Assembly (NCBI GenBank): GCA_052168235.1
Contig: JBQLZK010000117.1
Location: forward strand, 1-11,354
Length of the DNA stretch: 11,354 nt
From: Thainema sp.
GTDB taxonomy: Bacteria; Cyanobacteriota; Cyanobacteriia; Phormidesmidales; Phormidesmidaceae
Reading direction: 5' to 3'
Positions 7,279 through 11,354 of the stretch are shown here, piece after piece. The position numbers and the translations under genes were made by a program. The notes under the pieces are model-generated. The model was not told the DNA's origin. It did not search any database and saw nothing but the letters and a program-made list of their open reading frames with translations. Positions within the stretch are counted from its first letter, which is position 1. Each line of letters begins with the position of its first letter.

Positions 7279-10229
7279 ATGAAACGGACGTGGGAAAATC
7301 ATGAACTGGTTGAGCACTGGACAATCGATGAGGCAGATCAGCAACTGATTCGTCAGAAGCGTGGCATTAATCGCTTGGGCTTCGCGCTGCTGCTGAAGTT
7401 CTTTCAGTTGAAGGGGCGATTTCCTGAGAAGAAGAACGAGATACCGAGAGTGGTTCGTACTTTTGTCTCAGAGCAGCTGTCAGTGGATGAAAGAGACTAC
7501 GAGCAATATGACTGGCAGGGGCGAGGAATTAAGCGCCACCGGGTCGAAATCCGTAAGCTGTATGGCTTTCATCGGATGCGGATAAATGAGTTCGATAGCC
7601 TGCGTCAGTGGCTGATTGACGAGATTGTGCCACTGGCCGTTGATGAAAGACGACTCCAAGCAGTGCTCTACGAAGAGCTGAGAACCCGCAAGATTGAGCC
7701 GCCGAGCTATGCACAAATCGAGCGGCTGATTAATTCAGCTCACCATCAGTTTGAGAGCCAACTGTGCGATTCGATAGTTGAACAGCTGCCAGCTAAGTGT
7801 CGTCAGGCTTTGGATAGCCTGACCGGCCCGCAGTCAGATTCCTGGATTCTGGATGCCGATGAGATTCCGCTCAATCAGCTTAAACAGGAGGCAGGTGGTG
7901 TCGGCTTGAAGAGCCTGAAAGCAGAGCTATCCAAGCTCAAAACAATCGAGCAATTGGCGCTAGCCACAGACCGATTCAAGGGCCTGAATGAGCGCTTAGT
8001 GGATCGCTATCGGCAGCGGGTCGAAACCGAGTCACTCACAGAGATTCGGCGGCACCCTGACCCGATTCGCTACCTGTTGCTGTCGGCGTTCTGTTATCAG
8101 CGCTCGCAGGAGATCGTCGATAGCATCATTGAGTTGTTCATTCTGCTCGTGCATCGGCTGGAAAGCCGCAGCCGCAGGCGGGTCTCCTCCGAGATTGTCG
8201 CCACTGCCCAGGAGACTAAGGGGCATGATCAACTGCTGTACCACATTGCCGTTGCGGCGCTCGCACAGCCAGAGGGCACAGTGCAAGAGGTCATCTATCC
8301 AGTGGCAAACAAAACTCAGCTAGAGACGGTCGTCGAGACCTTAAGTGAGGGCGGTAAAGGCTTCAACGAACGGCTCCACACCAAGATGCGTCGTTCCTAT
8401 ACGCACTACTATCGCCGCCTGCTACCGTTAATTCTCAATGCCTTAGAGTTTCGCTCTGATAGCCTGAACTTGAAGCCGTTGCTGGCGGCTATCCAGCTGC
8501 TGAAAGCCTCCGCTGAACTGCCCAGCACTGAGCCTTACGCAGCCGAGACAGCCGTGCCGATGGATGGAGTGCTCAGCCCTGAATGGCAGGATGCGGTGAT
8601 GGTCATCGGCAGCAGGGAGAACCCGAGATTGACCGGGCCAGCTATGAGCTAGGTGTGTTGCGCACCGTGCGCGAAAAGCTGCGCTGTAAGGAGCTGTGGG
8701 TCGTCAGTGCTAAGCGCTATCGCAATCCCGATGATGACCTGCCCCAAGACTTTGAAGTGAAGCGAGAGCAGTACTATCAAGACCTTCAGCAACCGCTAGA
8801 GGCGAAGTCTTTTATTGAGCAGCTCCAGGGGGAAATGACAGAGGCACTCACTAAGTTTAATCAAGGTCTGCCTGACAATCCCAAGGTGAAGATTTTCAAT
8901 AATCGGGGTGGTTGGATTCACCTGACGCCGGTTGCCAAGCAGCCGGAGCCAGAACACTTAAAGGCATTGAAGCAAGAGATCACTCACCGCTGGTCAATGG
9001 TGCCATTGCTCGATGTGTTGAAAGAGACGGAAATGCGGCTTCAGTTTACTGAGCACTTTAAGAGTACAGGTAACCGAGAAACGCTTGCCCCGGACGAGTT
9101 GCGCAAACGGTTGTTGCTTTGTCTCTACGCGGCGGGCACTAATCTTGGCCTTCAGCGGATTGCTCACGGTGAGCATGGAGTCAGCACTCCTGACCTGCGT
9201 TATGTCCAGCGCAAGTTTGTCTCAAAAGCAGCTCTCTCTTTGGCGATTGGCGATGTGGCGAACGCTATCTTTCGTGTGCGGCTACCCCATATTTGGGGTG
9301 AGGCCACCACCGCCTGCGCCTCTGACTCGAAGCAGTTTGGTACCTAGGATCAGAATCTGATGACCGAGTGGCACGCCCGCTACAAAGGACGCGGGGTCAT
9401 GATCTACTGGCACGTCGAGAAGAATGCCGTCTGTATCCATTCGCAGCTCAAGCGCTGCTCTTCTTCTGAAGTGGCTTCGATGATTAAGGGCGTGCTTCGG
9501 CACTGCACCCAAATGTCGGTCGATAAAAACTATGTTGATACGCACGGCCAAAGTGAGGTCGGTTTTGCTTTTGCTCACCTGCTCGGTTTTCAGCTGATGC
9601 CCCGGATTAGAACCATTCAAAAGCAGACGCTCTATCTGCCAGAGAAAGGACAGAACCAGCAGTTTGAAAACTTGACGTCAATTATCAAGCGCCCGATTCG
9701 CTGGCAGCTAATTCGAGCCCAATATGATGCGATGATCAAGTTTGCCACTGCCCTCAAGCAGGGCACTGCTGACCCTGAAGTCATCCTCGCTCGCTTTACG
9801 CGCAACAACGCCAAGCATCCGGTTTATCTCGCTTTGGCTGAGCTAGGCAGGGCGGTGAAAACGATCTTTCTGTGTCATTACCTGCACGATGAGCGGGTCA
9901 GGCAAGAGATTCAGGAGGGCTTGAATGTCGTCGAGAATTGGAATAGTGCCAACGACTTCATCTTCTATGCCAAGAATGGTGACTTTACCGCTGCTCGGGT
10001 CGTTCTACAGGAGATCTCGATGCTGTGTCTACACCTGCTTCAGATCAGTTTGGTCTACATCAACACGCTGCTGATTCAGCAGGTGCTGTCTGACCCGGTT
10101 TGGATGCAGAAGATGGGGCCGGATGAGCTACGGGCGTTGACGCCGCTCATCTATGCTCACGTCAATCCCTATGGCATTTTTCGTCTGGACATGGCTGAGC
10201 GACTGCTGATTGAAGTGTTGGCTAGTTGA
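7279..10229 (+). pseudogene. tnpA: Tn3-family transposase TnpA with one frameshift and one nonsense codon
   Basis: DUF4158-like N-terminus (NRLGFALLLKFFQLKGRFP). Frameshift near 8600-8615 leads into EIDRASYELGVL...WVVSAKRY. TAG at 9345-9347 in [15 protein letters not shown] (likely W). Catalytic ASDS, VDTHGQS and LNVVENWN. About 983 aa if repaired. Confidence 0.95.
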
Positions 10230-10340
10230 TGCCTTAACTTTTTGCGATCGCTGATTCAATAGGTCAAAAGCTGTCTTTATAAATATAATGAAAACTTATG
10301 AAATTGCCCCTGATTTTCGATATTTTAGGGGCAGCGCTTC

Positions 10341-10379
10341 GCTTATGGCACTTCGTTGCAGCTACGCTTGCAGCACCCC
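10341..10379 (-). repeat. Right terminal inverted repeat of the Tn3-family element
   Basis: Reverse complement GGGGTGCTGCAAGCGTAGCTGCAACGAAGTGCCATAAGC, 38/39 identical to the left TIR. Confidence 0.96.
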
Positions 10380-10666
10380 ATGTAGCGTCGCCACTCTGCA
10401 CTGAGTTGCGATCGACCCTTATCGCTGCGCTCTTGTCGCACCACTCCAGCTAGCCCGTCCCGACGCCAGCGCTGCATCAGACGTTGCACACTCCTCACGC
10501 TGATGCCCAATCGCCTCGCCGCTCGCTTTTGCGCTTGACGATAATCTCCCTGCCCTTGGTGGCGCAGCAGCTCTTGAATCTCGCTTACCCGTCGCCGATC
10601 TCGCTCCGACAACTCCTCCACTATCAGCAGCGAGCACCCTGCTATCTTTGACGCCTTCTCCTCCAT
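10380..10666 (-). pseudogene. tnsB: TnsB N-terminal HTH part (gene interrupted)
   Basis: HTH AARRLGISVRSVQRLMQRWRRDGLAG...RSDKG. Joins in frame across the TSD to the C-terminal part (EWRRY|IVETWREGNR). Likely ATG at 10666. Confidence 0.93.
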
Positions 10667-10741
10667 CGCCTTCTCTCCCAACTCCTTCCATCAGTCAATC
10701 ACTTGCGCCGCTTTACTTGGTGCTTTATTTACTGAAATTTA

Positions 10742-10992
10742 CGTCAATTATGGCGATACTTTTAGGGCACATTTTTGATGGAATTGATACAATCCTTGAC
10801 TAGAAAGCCTTCTATCAATATTCCTAAACGTCATATAAATTGATACTTTTATAACTTTATTTGCGTCACTTTATTTGATACGCCATAGTCACTCTACATA
10901 AATCACTGTATCTCCCTCACAGTAATCGTTTTAGCCCTCTTACTACATGCCGCTTATCTCGGTATCAATGTCACTTAATTTGGTACGCGACA
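10742..10992 (-). repeat. Left end of the Tn7-like transposon with TnsB-binding repeats
   Basis: Minus strand begins TGTCGC at 10992. 18-bp sites: GTACCAAATTAAGTGACA (10969-10986), GTATCAAATAAAGTGACG (10864-10881), GTATCAATTTATATGACG (10829-10846) and GTATCGCCATAATTGACG (10742-10759). Confidence 0.85.
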
Positions 10993-10993
10993 G

Positions 10994-11264
10994 CTGCAGA
11001 TTGAATCGAGCGACAGTCCCAAACGTCTCACAGTGCAGGTTTCAGTCGCTGATCCAGAAGACTTGACAGTGAAGATGGGTGATCGTGTGGAAGCTGGCCA
11101 GCTAATTGCTGATCGCTCACGAGAACGGCAGCGGCTAGAGGCGCAACAGCAGCAGCTTTCCTTGGGCTCAGGCTACTGTCGAACAGGCGGAATCTGCGAT
11201 CGCACTTAAGCAGCAGGAAATTGCTTACCTTACTCAACTGTCGTCAATCACAACAATTAGATAA
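10994..11264 (+). pseudogene. Startless fragment of a HlyD/biotin-lipoyl-like coiled-coil protein gene (probable insertion target)
   Basis: LQIESSDSPKRLTVQVSVADPEDLTVKMGDRVEAGQLIADRSRERQRLEAQQQQLSL contains the V-x-x-GD-x-V-x-x-GQ half-lipoyl motif. After a frame change near 11165 it reads AQATVEQAESAIALKQQEIAYLTQL. Begins exactly at the transposon end. Confidence 0.7.
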
Positions 11265-11302
11265 CGGTGAAAGGTGCGATCGCAACTCCCAACTTCCCAA
11301 CT

Positions 11303-11328
11303 AAAAAGCCCGATCCGAAGACCAGGCT
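11303..11328 (-). terminator. Intrinsic terminator of a minus-strand transcript entering from the right of the window
   Basis: Minus strand AGCCTGGTC-TTCG-GATCGGGCT-TTTT: a cUUCGg tetraloop hairpin with a U-tract. Confidence 0.8.
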
Positions 11329-11354
11329 AGGAGGAGAGTAGAGGGAGCGCAGTA

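Larger units (their letters stand above)
7100..10379 (+). mobile_element. Tn3-family, resolvase-less (IS1071-like) element, 3280 bp, inserted in tnsB
   Basis: 39-bp TIRs beginning GGGG with 1 mismatch. 5-bp TSD ATGTA at 7095-7099 and 10380-10384. The only gene is tnpA. Confidence 0.96.
4339..10992 (-). mobile_element. Core of a TnsA-less Tn7-like transposon (type V-K CAST / Tn5053-related), right end not seen
   Basis: Left end, tnsB, tnsC and tniQ in canonical order with ATGA stop/start overlaps. No tnsA. Confidence 0.9.

Noticed and set aside
402..9814. Many short overlapping or antisense ORFs within the IS630, tnsC, tniQ and tnpA genes
   Set aside because: They have no recognisable motifs and are fully explained as shadows of the confident genes.
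10343..10691. ORFs 10343-10681 and 10419-10691 as independent genes
   Set aside because: The first is the tnsB 5' part running into the Tn3 TIR. The second is an alternative frame.
11028..11237. 69-aa minus-strand ORF
   Set aside because: It is the antisense shadow of the plus-strand HlyD-like fragment, which carries the recognisable motif.
11329..11354. Possible tRNA 3' end (CAST homing site), and resemblance to the pyrimidine-rich tract at 3337-3354
   Set aside because: No T-arm or acceptor stem is visible, it is over 330 bp from the transposon end, and the resemblance is low-complexity.

Overview
Cyanobacterial accessory region (at least eight HIP1 GCGATCGC sites) made of nested mobile elements. 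The core is a minus-strand TnsA-less Tn7-like module, tnsB-tnsC-tniQ, of the type V-K CAST / Tn5053-related lineage. Its left end is recognisable: terminal TGT at 10992 and repeated 18-bp TnsB-type sites. tnsB is split by a 3280-bp resolvase-less Tn3-family (IS1071-like) element at 7100-10379 with 39-bp TIRs and an ATGTA target duplication. Removing it restores an in-frame ~567-aa TnsB. No cas12k, CRISPR array or right end is visible in the window. Downstream of tniQ (leftward) lie a convergent, overlapping 117-aa unknown gene, a secreted 15/16-aa repeat protein, a membrane-anchored hypothetical protein, a broken ATPase-like gene and a damaged IS630 element. The left end abuts a startless HlyD/lipoyl-like gene fragment.
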